Source of the DNA: Alphaproteobacteria bacterium
Lineage (GTDB): Bacteria > Pseudomonadota > Alphaproteobacteria > UBA7887
DNA: 64,000 bases
Direction of reading: 5' to 3'
Assembly (NCBI GenBank): GCA_030739735.1
Contig: JASLYQ010000010.1
Location: forward strand, 16,712 to 80,711
Part shown: positions 9,452 through 19,747 of the stretch, one piece after another
Position numbering within the stretch: position 1 is the first letter of the stretch
Layout of the letters: every line of letters begins with the position of its first letter
Made by a program: the position numbers and the translations under genes
Notes under the pieces: model-generated
Seen by the model: the letters and a program-made list of their open reading frames with translations, nothing else
The model's database searches: none
Told to the model about the DNA's origin: nothing

Positions 9452-11884
9452 TCAATACCAGCGCAGCAATCTCTGAATGTAATCACGCTCGTCCTGCGAG
9501 CGGCTGCGCTCGCCCGAGCGGCGATATAGCTCGTCGAGGATCTCACGGCTACGCTGCACGTCGGAGGCCTCGGGAATATCGACCCGACCGATAGCATTGC
9601 CGCGATTGTTCGGCGGCACGCGGCCGAGGGGATCGCGCCCCCCTTCGTTGGAGCGCTGGTAGCCCTGGTCGCCCGGTTGCCAGCCCTCGCCCTGGCTCAT
9701 CATGCGCTCGATGATCTCGCCGGCTCCTTCTTGCAATTGCTGCAAGGCCTCGGCCTGGGAGCCGACGGCACGATCCGGGCGCCCGCCACGCAATTGTTCG
9801 CGCGCCTCGCGCATGGCGCGCTCGGCCCGGCCGAGGCCACCCGGGATAGAGCCACCTTCCTCACCGACCCCGCGCATGACGTTGCCAAGCTCGCGCCGCA
9901 GCGACTCCTGCACTTCGGCGCCGGACTCTCCTCCCCCCTGCCCGTCGTCGTCGCGCCGCCCGCGCCTGCCCGACTGCGCCTGTTCCAAGGTCTCGTTCAT
10001 CAGCTGGTTCTGATCGGACATGATCTGCTGCAATTCGCGCAGAATCGGATCGCCCTCGCCGTCGCGGACTTGCGGCAGTTGGCTCTGCGATTGCAGGTTC
10101 TCAAGCATGCGCTGAAGCTCATTGAGCATTTCCTGTGCGGCTTCTGGCGCGCCGGTAAACGCCATATCACGGGCCTGGTCGATCATAGCGTGCAAGTCCT
10201 CACGATCGAGAGCGTTGGCGTTGGGATCGGTCGCCTGCATGCTCGGATCGAGCGGTGACTGGTTTTCGCCAGCCTCCGCGAGAGCCTCGAGGTATTCGTC
10301 GAGGGCGTCCTTGAGCCGCTCCATCAGCTCAGCTAGGTCTTTGCCGTCGGCGTCCCCAGCCAGGGCCTCGCGCAATGCCTCCTCCGCATCACGAAGGGCG
10401 TCCTCCGCCAGCGACAAGGCCCCGTCCTCTACCCGCAGTGCAATATCCCACAAAAGGTCGACCACCTCGCGCAAACCATCGCCCTCTTGCATCAGAAGCA
10501 GGCGCTCTGCGGCCATCGTCAGACCGAGAAAGACCACGGTATCCTCGGCATAACTCAAAGGGTCATTGGCGATATCGCCGAGTCCGATTTGCACGAGCGC
10601 GGACTGATCAGGGGATAAAGCCAAAACTCGCCGCTGCTCTACGATCGCCACCGCCACCGGATGACGAAACTCCCGCTCTGGTAGCACCATGTTCCAGACC
10701 GGCGCCTCGCCCGTCTGCCCACCAGTATCCTTGGCACGTAGGACAAAGTTGACCGGCATACCGGCCCAAGGATGAGCAGTAAGGTCGTGGTAGCTCGTAC
10801 CCGCCGCTTCGGCCGGCGCCACCCCTGGAAGCGGCAGGATTAGGCTGACCGCGGTCGCTACAGGAGAGCTTGTTTCTCCGGGCCGGTCGATGTCGGCGAT
10901 AACCGCCGCCAGACCGAAATCGTCACTTGCCTTATAGGCAAGAGTTAGCACGCTGCGCCGCGTTGCCTCCGGATTATCGGTCATTGTCACCGTCGGTGGC
11001 ATATCATGAACGATACGTAGGCTCCACTTAGCAAGAAAATGCTTTCCCTGAGTAATCGTCAGTGAGGCATCGTCTTCGAGTGTTACATCAAGAGCGAATT
11101 CCGTATCGCTTTCCGCGGCGAACTCCGCTGCAGAACCGCCATGCCACAGCGTGGGAAGATGGCCACCACCATGCACGCGCGCCACCAGCACGCTGCCGGC
11201 AACGACGGCAATTGGCGCGCCATCCCCCTGGACCGGAGATTCGTCAACACCGATATCTCGTGCCTCGGTAAGGAAAACGGGTGCGAGACCTGTATAATCC
11301 GGCGGATCTATCCATGCAGTCAGTTTGCCCGGTCCGACCGCCGTGAAGACCGACATATCGGGCGTAAGCGCTTCGCCCAAGCGGGCGCTCAAGTGGTCAC
11401 CGGCGCTCAACACTCCAACCAGCATAAGCAAGACGATGACCGCGCGCAGGGCGAAGGGATCACGCCGCCAGAGCGCGCTTTCTGGCCAGCCGACGTGCAA
11501 CTTGCTGAGCAGCGTCTCCATGCGCCGGACATGACTGCGCCAGACCGCCCATGTTACTGGATCGTCCGCCTGCGCCGGGCGATCAAGCACGGTCGACAAG
11601 GGGCGATGATCGATAACGCTGACGCGCTCAAGACGACGGATGCCGGCTTCACGCGCCGGCAGCAGGAAAGCACCACGCCCGCGCCACAGCGTCCAAACGA
11701 GAGCGCCGGCAAAGGCCACGAGACCAAGCGCATGGAGCCAGCCGGGAAGATAGATCCAAAGCCCGAATACGGTAATCACCGCAAAGCCACCGATCACACC
11801 GAATCCTGGCAATAGGGCCGGCACAATACGCTCCCACGCCAGTGCGGCACGGCTTAGCGCTACCTTGCGCCGAAGTCCCGGCAT
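9452..11884 (-). CDS. TIGR02302/DUF4175 family large membrane-anchored protein with an acidic, low-complexity coiled-coil C-terminal half
   Basis: An 810-830 aa ORF with N-terminal TM helices, then a long E/D/A/L-rich region (…LRDAEEALREALAGDADGKDLAELMERLKDALDEYLEALAEAG…). It sits directly upstream of lysA, as is typical for this family. The start was moved to MPGLRRK… (11884) to avoid overlap with lysA. Confidence 0.6.
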   Translation of the reverse strand: MPGLRRKVALSRAALAWERIVPALLPGFGVIGGFAVITVFGLWIYLPGWLHALGLVAFAGALVWTLWRGRGAFLLPAREAGIRRLERVSVIDHRPLSTVLDRPAQADDPVTWAVWRSHVRRMETLLSKLHVGWPESALWRRDPFALRAVIVLLMLVGVLSAGDHLSARLGEALTPDMSVFTAVGPGKLTAWIDPPDYTGLAPVFLTEARDIGVDESPVQGDGAPIAVVAGSVLVARVHGGGHLPTLWHGGSAAEFAAESDTEFALDVTLEDDASLTITQGKHFLAKWSLRIVHDMPPTVTMTDNPEATRRSVLTLAYKASDDFGLAAVIADIDRPGETSSPVATAVSLILPLPGVAPAEAAGTSYHDLTAHPWAGMPVNFVLRAKDTGGQTGEAPVWNMVLPEREFRHPVAVAIVEQRRVLALSPDQSALVQIGLGDIANDPLSYAEDTVVFLGLTMAAERLLLMQEGDGLREVVDLLWDIALRVEDGALSLAEDALRDAEEALREALAGDADGKDLAELMERLKDALDEYLEALAEAGENQSPLDPSMQATDPNANALDREDLHAMIDQARDMAFTGAPEAAQEMLNELQRMLENLQSQSQLPQVRDGEGDPILRELQQIMSDQNQLMNETLEQAQSGRRGRRDDDGQGGGESGAEVQESLRRELGNVMRGVGEEGGSIPGGLGRAERAMREAREQLRGGRPDRAVGSQAEALQQLQEGAGEIIERMMSQGEGWQPGDQGYQRSNEGGRDPLGRVPPNNRGNAIGRVDIPEASDVQRSREILDELYRRSGERSRSQDERDYIQRLLRWY

Positions 11885-11904
11885 GGCCGCTGGGCCACGA
11901 CGCT

Positions 11905-13182
11905 TCACGGCGTTGTGCCTTCTTGCAACCAGTCCGGCAAGCAATCCAAGCCAAGAAGTGTCTCATATTTCATGCGCGGACGCACTTCTGCCCAGCGCTC
12001 ACCGTCGATCAAAACTTCCGGAACCAGCAAACGGCCGTTATAGGTCGAGGCCATGACCGCGCCATAGGCGCCGGCCGAGCGAAAGGCGATCAGATCACCC
12101 GCGGAAAGCGGCGGCAAAGGCATCTGCGTGGCAAAGGTATCACCGGATTCACAAACCGGGCCGACCACATCGGCTGGTTCGAAGGGCACATCGGCGGTGG
12201 GTTGCGCAACCGCCGCGATGGCGTGTTGAGCGCCGTACATTGCCGGGCGTACGAGATCATTCATAGCCGCATCAACGATGATGAAACGCCGCTCTTCGGT
12301 CTCCTTCACGTAAATCACCCGTGCCAGCAAGATGCCCGCATTCCCGACAATCACGCGTCCCGGCTCCAGCACGATGCGGCAATCGAGCCCTTCGGTGAGC
12401 GCGAAGACCATCTCAGCATAAGCCGCCGGCGATGGCGGCGTCTCGTCGCCGTAAGGAATGCCAAGGCCACCACCGAGGTCGAGCCGACGAATAACATGGC
12501 CGTCGGCGCGTAAGGATTGCACGAGATCTATGGCACACTCAAACGCACGGCGAAATGGCTCAAGATCAGTCAGCTGCGAGCCGATATGCACGTCAACACC
12601 ATCCACCTCCAGCCCTGGTAATGCTGCTGCAGCAGCATAGAGGGCGGGCGCTTGCCCGATGGCAACACCGAACTTATCACGGCGACGGCCGGTCGAAATC
12701 TTGTCGTGCGAGCCGGCGTCCACATCCGGATTAACACGTAGCGCGACCAGCGCCGTCGTCGACAGTGAAGCGGCAGTTTCCGACAAGGCCACCAGCTCGG
12801 GCTCGGATTCGACGTTGAAATGCGTCACCCCGGAGGACAAGGCGAAGGCCATTTCCTCGCGCGTCTTGCCGACCCCAGAATAAACGATCTTCTCCAGCGC
12901 CACGCCGGCAGCAAGCGCGCGGCGAATTTCGCCTTCCGAAACCACATCCGCGCCGGCGCCAAGCCTTGCCAGAGTGGCGATGACGGCCAAATTTCCGTTC
13001 GCCTTAACGGAATAGGCAACCAACGCGTCACGCCCGGCAAAGGCATCGGCTATGACCCGGTAATGGCGGCTGATAGTAGCGGTAGAATAACAATAGCAAG
13101 GGGTGCCTAATGCATCGGCAATGGCGGTAAGCGGCACGGATTCGGCGTGCAGCACGCCGTTACGATAGGCGAAATAGTCCAC
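11905..13182 (-). CDS. lysA: Diaminopimelate decarboxylase
   Basis: A 425-aa PLP fold III decarboxylase with N-terminus MDYFAYRNGVLHAESVPLTAIADALGTPCYCYS…. The start codon is GTG (13180-13182). Confidence 0.9.
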   Translation of the reverse strand: MDYFAYRNGVLHAESVPLTAIADALGTPCYCYSTATISRHYRVIADAFAGRDALVAYSVKANGNLAVIATLARLGAGADVVSEGEIRRALAAGVALEKIVYSGVGKTREEMAFALSSGVTHFNVESEPELVALSETAASLSTTALVALRVNPDVDAGSHDKISTGRRRDKFGVAIGQAPALYAAAAALPGLEVDGVDVHIGSQLTDLEPFRRAFECAIDLVQSLRADGHVIRRLDLGGGLGIPYGDETPPSPAAYAEMVFALTEGLDCRIVLEPGRVIVGNAGILLARVIYVKETEERRFIIVDAAMNDLVRPAMYGAQHAIAAVAQPTADVPFEPADVVGPVCESGDTFATQMPLPPLSAGDLIAFRSAGAYGAVMASTYNGRLLVPEVLIDGERWAEVRPRMKYETLLGLDCLPDWLQEGTTP

Positions 13183-13286
13183 TAACGCTCGTCCTCGTTC
13201 GACGGCGACTTGGGATCACCCTTGCGGCCGCAGGCGACGATTAGTGCCGAGGCCAGCAGACCGAGGAGAACGCGGCGGCGGCTCAT
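13182..13286 (-). CDS. Small lipoprotein (34 aa) between argH and lysA
   Basis: Manual translation gives [34 protein letters not shown] with a lipobox (LIVAC). Its start overlaps the argH stop and its stop overlaps the lysA GTG start. It is below the ORF-track size cut-off. Confidence 0.5.
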   Translation of the reverse strand: MSRRRVLLGLLASALIVACGRKGDPKSPSNEDER

Positions 13287-14707
13287 CGCCAACGCTTCCG
13301 CGTCCGCTCAATTGCGCCCCGCACCTGATCAGGCGCCGTGCCGCCATAGCTCACACGGCTCACCACCGACCGCGTGACTCCGAGCACCTCGAACACGCGC
13401 TCGTCTATGGCAGCCTCTACACCCTGCATGACGTCCAGGGGCAAGTCTGCAAGGTCACAATCCCGCTCCTCTGCTAGGCGCACCAGGCGTCCGGTCACAC
13501 CATGGGCCTGACGGAAGGGCATGCCAAGCATCCGCACCAGCCAATCAGCCAGATCGGTCGCGGTGGTGTAGCCGACCCCCGCCATCGCATGCATGCGCGC
13601 TTCGTCGATCCGCATATCACCGATCATGCCAGCCGCCGCCCGGGTACAAAGAACAAGCGTATCAAGCGCATCGAAAACCGGCTCCTTGTCCTCCTGCATG
13701 TCCTTGGAATAGGCCAAGGGCAAGCCCTTTAGCGCCACCAGTAAAGATGTGAAAGCGCCCAAGATCCGACCGCTCTTGCCGCGCACCAGCTCAGCTGCAT
13801 CGGGATTGCGCTTTTGCGGCATGATGCTGGAACCCGTGGTGAAGGCCTCACTGAGCTTCACGAAGGCAAAGCCCGGGCTCGACCAAACCACCAACTCCTC
13901 TGCCAGGCGCGATAGGTGCATCGCTGCAATGGAGGCAGCCGCCAAGACCTCCAGGGCGAAGTCCCGGTCAGAGACGGAATCGATGGAATTCTCGGTCGGC
14001 GCAGCGAAACCGAGCGCCTTCGCCGTCATCTCCCTGTCGATGGGAAACGATGTGCCGGCGAGTGCCGCGGCGCCGAGTGGGCATTGATTTAACCTGGTTC
14101 TGGCGTCGGCTAGCCGACCCCGGTCGCGCCCAAACATCTCCACGTAGGCCATCAGATGGTGGCCGAGCGTGACAGGCTGGGCCGGCTGCAAATGAGTGAA
14201 GCCGGGCATGACCGAGTCCGCATGCTCTTCCGCTCGCCGCAGCAGCGCGGCTTGCAGGTCGCAGAGCGCAGCATCACAATCTGCAATGGCCTCGCGCACC
14301 CAGAGCTTAAAATCGGTCGCCACTTGGTCGTTGCGCGAGCGCGCAGTGTGCAGCCGCTTGCCAGCTTCGCCGATAAGCTCCGTTAGCCGTGCCTCGATAT
14401 TGAGATGCACGTCCTCGAGAGCAGGATCGAAGGTAAAATCGCCGGCCTCGATCTCCGCCTCGACGCTGTCGAGCCCCTCCTGGATAGCGGCGCCGTCGGC
14501 GGCATCGAGAATGCCGACGGCCACCAGCATCTCGGCATGAGCGCGCGAACCGGCGATGTCCTGAGCATAGAGACGCTTGTCGAACGCGACAGACGGGTTT
14601 ATGCGAGCCATGATGTCGGCTGGCCCGCTTTTGAAGTGGCCGCCCCACATCGTCCGCGCGCTATCGCCAGCGGGCGGCGCCGGGGGGGTGTTGTCATCTT
14701 GGCTCAT
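13283..14707 (-). CDS. argH: Argininosuccinate lyase
   Basis: Fumarate-lyase fold with …[42 protein letters not shown]…. An alternative start is MWGGHF at 14650. Confidence 0.9.
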   Translation of the reverse strand: MSQDDNTPPAPPAGDSARTMWGGHFKSGPADIMARINPSVAFDKRLYAQDIAGSRAHAEMLVAVGILDAADGAAIQEGLDSVEAEIEAGDFTFDPALEDVHLNIEARLTELIGEAGKRLHTARSRNDQVATDFKLWVREAIADCDAALCDLQAALLRRAEEHADSVMPGFTHLQPAQPVTLGHHLMAYVEMFGRDRGRLADARTRLNQCPLGAAALAGTSFPIDREMTAKALGFAAPTENSIDSVSDRDFALEVLAAASIAAMHLSRLAEELVVWSSPGFAFVKLSEAFTTGSSIMPQKRNPDAAELVRGKSGRILGAFTSLLVALKGLPLAYSKDMQEDKEPVFDALDTLVLCTRAAAGMIGDMRIDEARMHAMAGVGYTTATDLADWLVRMLGMPFRQAHGVTGRLVRLAEERDCDLADLPLDVMQGVEAAIDERVFEVLGVTRSVVSRVSYGGTAPDQVRGAIERTRKRWR

Positions 14708-14746
14708 GGCCGGTCTCCGGTCTCGCTGGCGTGGGAGTGAATACCG

Positions 14747-15325
14747 ATGCTAACAGGCAAACGCACAGCCCTTGCAGCACTCGCGGTCGTCGCCATCGCG
14801 GTGACAGCCATTCTCGCCGGAAAGTTCGAGGGATCAACCCCTGTGACAAGCGAATTGTTCCCGCGCCCAGCCGGGAGATTGCTCCCGTTCATCTGGCACG
14901 ACGCGCCAAAACCCTTGCCCGAGATCGCCTTTGCGGCGCCTGACAAGACACCGGCAAGCTTCGGCGACTTCACAGGCGGCATAACGCTGGTCAATCTCTG
15001 GGCCACCTGGTGCGCTCCGTGCCTGCGCGAGATGCCTATGCTCGATGCGCTTGCGGGCACCGTAGAGGACCTCAAAGTCGTGGCTCTTAACCAGAACCGT
15101 GGTGGCATGGCGGTGGCCGGCCCCTTCTGGGAGGAAAAGGGCTTCGCCAATCTCGCCCTCTACCTCGACCCTACCTTCAGCGCAGCCGGAATGCTGGTTG
15201 AGCGCGGCCTGCCCCTCACTATTCTGCTCGATCGCGACGGTCAGGAAATCGCCCGCCTCGAAGGAATCGCCGAATGGGATGCCCCTGAGGTAATCGCCTA
15301 TTTCCAAGTTCTAACAGCGAAGTAG
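14747..15325 (+). CDS. tlpA: Thiol:disulfide interchange protein, TlpA-like thioredoxin-fold periplasmic reductase
   Basis: An N-terminal membrane anchor and the WATWCAPC motif (CxxC). Its position adjacent to argH matches the known argH-tlpA arrangement in Bradyrhizobium. Confidence 0.8.
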   Translation: MLTGKRTALAALAVVAIAVTAILAGKFEGSTPVTSELFPRPAGRLLPFIWHDAPKPLPEIAFAAPDKTPASFGDFTGGITLVNLWATWCAPCLREMPMLDALAGTVEDLKVVALNQNRGGMAVAGPFWEEKGFANLALYLDPTFSAAGMLVERGLPLTILLDRDGQEIARLEGIAEWDAPEVIAYFQVLTAK

Positions 15326-15366
15326 TCGCAAATCTAAAATCCGATTTTAAATTTGTATGTTCCGGA

Positions 15367-15999
15367 TCAAGCCGAAGCGGAGGGGCGAGATGAGACGCGG
15401 CCGTACCAGCCGGCGATATTGACCAACGACTCGGCGGGCTGAATCTTGATCCAGCCCGCAAAGTCGATGGCCACTAGTGCCGTAATGTCGGCAATCGAAT
15501 AGCTCTCGCCAGCCACATAGGGGGTCTTGGCCAAAACCTCGTCAAGTCTCTCATAGAAACGGGACAAGCGCTCCTTGCCACGTTGGGCCAGATCCGGAAT
15601 CTGCGCCACCGGATCGATACCAGGCAACGCCCGATCAGCAAAAGCTGGCACCGAGTTGCGAAAAGCCTCGCCAGCCGCGGCCATGCCGTCAAGCTCCATG
15701 CGGCGATTCCACATCTCAATGCGCGCGGCCTCCTCCGGCATGGCCCCCATCAGACACGGCTCGGGCTGCAGTCCCTCGAAATAGCGGCAGATGGCAACGG
15801 ATTCAGAGATATGGCCGCCGTCATCAAGCTCAAGACAAGGCACGCCGCCCATGGGATTGCGTGCCAGAAATTCAGGCGTGTGCTGCTCGCGGTTCTGCAA
15901 GTCAATCTGCACTGTCGGCACATCGATGCCCTTCTCCGCAAGAAAGATGCGAACCCGGCGCGGATTGGGCGCCGCCTTGAATTCGTAAAGCTTCATCAC
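15367..15999 (-). CDS. Glutathione S-transferase family protein
   Basis: 210 aa with an N-terminal thioredoxin-like GST domain (MMKLYEFKAAPNPRRVRIFLAEKGIDVP…GGVPCLELDDG…ESVAICRY) and a C-terminal helical domain. Confidence 0.75.
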   Translation of the reverse strand: MMKLYEFKAAPNPRRVRIFLAEKGIDVPTVQIDLQNREQHTPEFLARNPMGGVPCLELDDGGHISESVAICRYFEGLQPEPCLMGAMPEEAARIEMWNRRMELDGMAAAGEAFRNSVPAFADRALPGIDPVAQIPDLAQRGKERLSRFYERLDEVLAKTPYVAGESYSIADITALVAIDFAGWIKIQPAESLVNIAGWYGRVSSRPSASA

Positions 16000-16640
16000 T
16001 CGGTCCCCGTTCTTGCCAATGACGCCGCCGCCTCGTCGTCCCTCAGCGCCTTTTCAATCTCAGCTTTCAGGCCATCGTAGTCCTCGTGGGCCGGAAAGTG
16101 TGGAAATTCACTTCTCACTATCTCTGGCGCACGGAACAGGATACCCGTATCCGCTTGCCGTAGCATGGCGGTGTCATTGTAGGAATCACCGACGGCGACG
16201 GTACGAAAGTTCAGCGTCTGAAAGGCCTGCACCGCCTGACGCTTGGGGTCAACCTGGCGCAGCCGGTAGCCGTCGAGGGCGCCAACATTGTCGAAGGTCA
16301 GGTGGTGGCACATGAGCATGGGATGGCCGAGCTTAGCCACCAGCGGCTGCGCCAACTCGTAGAAAGTGTCCGACAGCACGGTCACCTGGCAGCGCCCATG
16401 CAACCAGTCGACAAACTCGCAAGCACCAGCCAAGGGATCGAGTGAAGCCGCGACGCTACGCAAATCCTCAAAGCCCAGGCCATTCTCACGCAACACCGAG
16501 AAACGGTACCGCATCAACACATCGTAATCGGGCTCGTCACGTGTCGTGCGGCACAGGGCTTCGATGCCGGTGCGCTTGGCCAGACCAACCCAGATCTCGG
16601 GCGTCAACACGCCCTCCATGTCGAGACAGGCTACGAACAA
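15996..16640 (-). CDS. thrH: ThrH-like HAD-family phosphoserine phosphatase / homoserine phosphotransferase
   Basis: …FVACLDMEGVLTPEIWVGLAKRTGIEALCRTTRDEPDYDVLMRYR…VLSDTFYE…GDSYNDTAML… is collinear with Pseudomonas ThrH ([43 protein letters not shown]…). The likely TTG start is at 16640. The ORF-track N-terminal extension overlaps the neighbouring gene. Confidence 0.65.
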   Translation of the reverse strand: MFVACLDMEGVLTPEIWVGLAKRTGIEALCRTTRDEPDYDVLMRYRFSVLRENGLGFEDLRSVAASLDPLAGACEFVDWLHGRCQVTVLSDTFYELAQPLVAKLGHPMLMCHHLTFDNVGALDGYRLRQVDPKRQAVQAFQTLNFRTVAVGDSYNDTAMLRQADTGILFRAPEIVRSEFPHFPAHEDYDGLKAEIEKALRDDEAAASLARTGTE

Positions 16641-16677
16641 CGATAAATCCCTTTGCAGATGAGACCGCGGAGTTCTA

Positions 16678-17589
16678 TCAGGCCGAAACGGTTTCGACAG
16701 CCACGAAATGAAAGCCGGGGATGACACCAACCGGGACGTTGAGGTTTCGGCGCATCTTCTCGTCAAGGCTTTCTGGCGTGTCGAATGCCAGGCGACGCAT
16801 CCCGTATGCCGCCAGGAAATCGTCGAGCTGCTCCGGCATGAGACCAAACTGCAGGGTCTCACCGCCGCGATCGAGCTCCGCCCGCAGTGAATCGAAGCTC
16901 TCATCCGCGTAGACGGAACGCGCCAGAAAAGTAAAGGCGAAGCGGCTGCCTATCGGCGCGTGATCGCGAACCAAGGCGAAGATAGACTCGACCTCGTGCG
17001 GGGTCAGATATTCCATCACACCCTCCGCCACAAAAATCGTCGGCAAAGTGCGATGGTAGCCCGCGCCGTAGAGACCCTCGCACACAGTTTGACGCCTGAA
17101 ATCTATGCCGACGCGGCATACGCCAGTAGGCACTCCGTCGCCATCGGCGAGTACGCGGTCGCGAAAGGTAATAACGTCCTGTTGGTCAACCTCGAACACG
17201 GGCAAATCCGCGAGCTCATCGGCAAGGCGGAGTGACAGCGTGTCGCAACCGGCCCCGAAGATCACCAATTGCCGCATGCCGTCCGCCAAGGCGTCACGTA
17301 CGGCTCCTTCGATCCAGGGCTTGCGGTACACGACATGGGTGATCAGGCCGTCCATGCCCTCTTCCCACTCGGCGATGAAGGTGGCACGCGCCTTGGCATC
17401 GTCGAGTGTTGCGAGCACGGGCCCAGCCTCGGCCGAAATCGCTGTGGCGAAGCGCTCAGCAAAGGGGTCCCGGAACATCTCAGCGTAAACCGGATCCTTA
17501 CTGACCACGGCACAGGCCGTGGATATGAGCATGGCGCTCTTGCTGATCGGACTGTCGTCCGGTTGTCCGATTCCCCGAATAGTCATCAC
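16678..17589 (-). CDS. Class I SAM-dependent methyltransferase (leucine carboxyl methyltransferase/TIGR00027-like)
   Basis: 303 aa with an …LVIFGAGCDTLSLRL… SAM-binding motif and the overall LCM-family architecture. Confidence 0.6.
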   Translation of the reverse strand: MMTIRGIGQPDDSPISKSAMLISTACAVVSKDPVYAEMFRDPFAERFATAISAEAGPVLATLDDAKARATFIAEWEEGMDGLITHVVYRKPWIEGAVRDALADGMRQLVIFGAGCDTLSLRLADELADLPVFEVDQQDVITFRDRVLADGDGVPTGVCRVGIDFRRQTVCEGLYGAGYHRTLPTIFVAEGVMEYLTPHEVESIFALVRDHAPIGSRFAFTFLARSVYADESFDSLRAELDRGGETLQFGLMPEQLDDFLAAYGMRRLAFDTPESLDEKMRRNLNVPVGVIPGFHFVAVETVSA

Positions 17590-17979
17590 TCTACTCCCCG
17601 CCTTCTACCCCCCACCTACCGTGACGATCATCTGCTGTGGCGGCAAGACATAGAAGTGGTGGCTCGATCCCATGACGTACACATGACGGAACAGAAACCT
17701 GGCAAGACGCAGTTCGACACGCCCGAGGTCCGGCAGCAGCGCGCGCCTCGTCTCATCCGCTGACGACGAAAGCAGAAAATCCATGGCCAGCATCGGCCTA
17801 TATTGAAAAAGCGTATCCTGCGTCAGCTTTGGTTCGTAGTCGGAAAATATCTCCTCCGGCGCCGGTGCCGCCGGGCCTCGTCAGTCGCATGGCCGGTAGG
17901 ATGGCAAAGAGACAGGCGGCGATGATCGCGAGGCTACGCATAACATTCTCCATACGCCTTATGTGGTTTTACAATGCGG

Positions 17980-19266
17980 TTATGCGATCGCGCCTATCAA
18001 CCGTGGAAACCACAGAACGAGCGCAGGGCTGAGGCTCGCTAGCACGATGACCACCAGGTGGCTGGCGAGAAACGGGGCCGATTCTTTGATCACCGCCTCG
18101 TAAGGCACTTCGGCGATGCGCGTCGCTGTCATCAGCGTCATGCCCACTGGCGGCGTGATATTGCCGAGATTCAGCGCCAGCAGCATGACCATGCCGAAAT
18201 GCAGCGGATCGAATCCGAGACTGACCATCGCCGGGGCCAGCACCGGCGCGGCCACGACCACCGCCGGCAACACGTCGATGACCATGCCAAGCGCGATCAG
18301 CAAGAGATCAACGACCAGGATCTGCACAACGGGATCGGTGCTGACGAGTCGAATGGCCTCGGCCGCCTCGCGGGCCACGCCGGAGCGCGTCACGGCCCAG
18401 CCGAGCACGGTCGAGGCGCCGAGCAGCAGGAACACCACGCCAGAGAAGCTCACCGTGTTCACCAGAGCCTCGCGCAAGGCAGCGCGATCGAGGCTGCGAT
18501 AGGCGAAGAGGCCAAGCGCTAGAGAATAGGCTGCTCCCAGCGCTCCGGCCTCGGTCAGGGTCGTGAGGCCGCCAAGAATGCCACCAACGATTATAATCGG
18601 AATGCCGAAGGCGGGCAGCGTAGCAATCCCCGTAACTAGGATGCGCCGTATGCGGATCTCCTCATGGCCGGCATAGCCGCGCCGCCACGACACCCAACCG
18701 CTGGCCACCAGCAGCGCGGCCGCCATCAGCAGTCCCGGCACGATGCCCGCCGCGAAGAGCTGTAACACCGAGATGTCGCGCAGCGTCGTCGCATAGACGA
18801 TCATGATCACGCTCGGTGGGATAATCGGCCCGATAATCGACGAGCAGGCCGTGACCGCAGCACTGTAGGCGGCACCATAGCCCTCGCGCTTCATGGTCGG
18901 GATCAGGGTCTTGCCGATGGCAACCGTGTCGGTAACAGCCGCACCGGTGATGCCTGCGAAAAAGACGCTAACCACGATATTGACGTGGCTGAGCGCGCCG
19001 GGGAGCTTCCCAAACAGGCTGTTAGCGAAGGCAACCATGCGCTCGGTCAGTCCCGAACGATTCATAATCTCGGCCGTGAAGACGAAGTAGGGCACGGCAA
19101 TCAGCACGAAGCCCGAGACCCCGGAAAAGAAGCGGTCGGCCACGATCTCGAGATAGCCTAGGCCACCGATCGAGACAGCCCCAACCAGACCGGAAACGAC
19201 CATCACCAGCCCGATCGGCACGCCGACGACAAGCAGGCCCACGAAAACGCCGAGCGCCCAGCTCAC
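17980..19266 (-). CDS. dctM: TRAP transporter large permease subunit (DctM family)
   Basis: 428-aa polytopic membrane protein. Its N-terminus MSWALGVFVGLLVVGVPIGLVMVVSGLVGA… is typical of DctM. Confidence 0.85.
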   Translation of the reverse strand: MSWALGVFVGLLVVGVPIGLVMVVSGLVGAVSIGGLGYLEIVADRFFSGVSGFVLIAVPYFVFTAEIMNRSGLTERMVAFANSLFGKLPGALSHVNIVVSVFFAGITGAAVTDTVAIGKTLIPTMKREGYGAAYSAAVTACSSIIGPIIPPSVIMIVYATTLRDISVLQLFAAGIVPGLLMAAALLVASGWVSWRRGYAGHEEIRIRRILVTGIATLPAFGIPIIIVGGILGGLTTLTEAGALGAAYSLALGLFAYRSLDRAALREALVNTVSFSGVVFLLLGASTVLGWAVTRSGVAREAAEAIRLVSTDPVVQILVVDLLLIALGMVIDVLPAVVVAAPVLAPAMVSLGFDPLHFGMVMLLALNLGNITPPVGMTLMTATRIAEVPYEAVIKESAPFLASHLVVIVLASLSPALVLWFPRLIGAIA

Positions 19267-19697
19267 AGATCAGCTCCCAGAAGCAACGAGCCTTGCACCA
19301 GGTGCACGAACAGCACCAGTCCCGCCACCGGCACCGAAGCCGTGACCCATCGCGCCGGCACCTGCAGAAAGTCTGAGACCATAATCAGTTCGTTGGAATC
19401 GACGAAGAAGCCAAAGCCGTACCAAACCAATGCCAGGCAGAAGCCGGCAACCAGAAGCAGCCCGATCGCCGAAAACTGACGTCGCACAGGCATCGGTAGT
19501 CGCGCAGCAAACATTACCATGGCAATATGCTCGCCACGCTTGAAGGCAACGGTGACGCTTAGCATCGCGATCCAGGGTAGGATCAGGCGCGCCAGAGACG
19601 TGCCCCAGGTCAGGGCGTGGCCGGTCACGATCTGCCAAGCGATGCCGTACAGCGATATGGAGAACATGATCGCGATCAGCACGCCACACAGCACCAT
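19263..19697 (-). CDS. dctQ: TRAP transporter small permease subunit (DctQ family)
   Basis: A four-TM small membrane protein whose stop overlaps the dctM start. The start was trimmed to MVLCGVLIAIMF… to avoid overlap with dctP. Confidence 0.7.
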   Translation of the reverse strand: MVLCGVLIAIMFSISLYGIAWQIVTGHALTWGTSLARLILPWIAMLSVTVAFKRGEHIAMVMFAARLPMPVRRQFSAIGLLLVAGFCLALVWYGFGFFVDSNELIMVSDFLQVPARWVTASVPVAGLVLFVHLVQGSLLLGADL

Positions 19698-19747
19698 CAC
19701 CGCCCTATCCAGGCGGTCGCTGAACAATCTCAGGCGGGCGAACACGA

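Noticed and set aside
9677-10752. Several plus-strand ORFs of 100-190 aa inside the DUF4175 gene
   Set aside because: They are antisense shadows of a GC-rich, repeat-rich coding region. Their translations are Ala/Arg/Ser-rich low-complexity strings.
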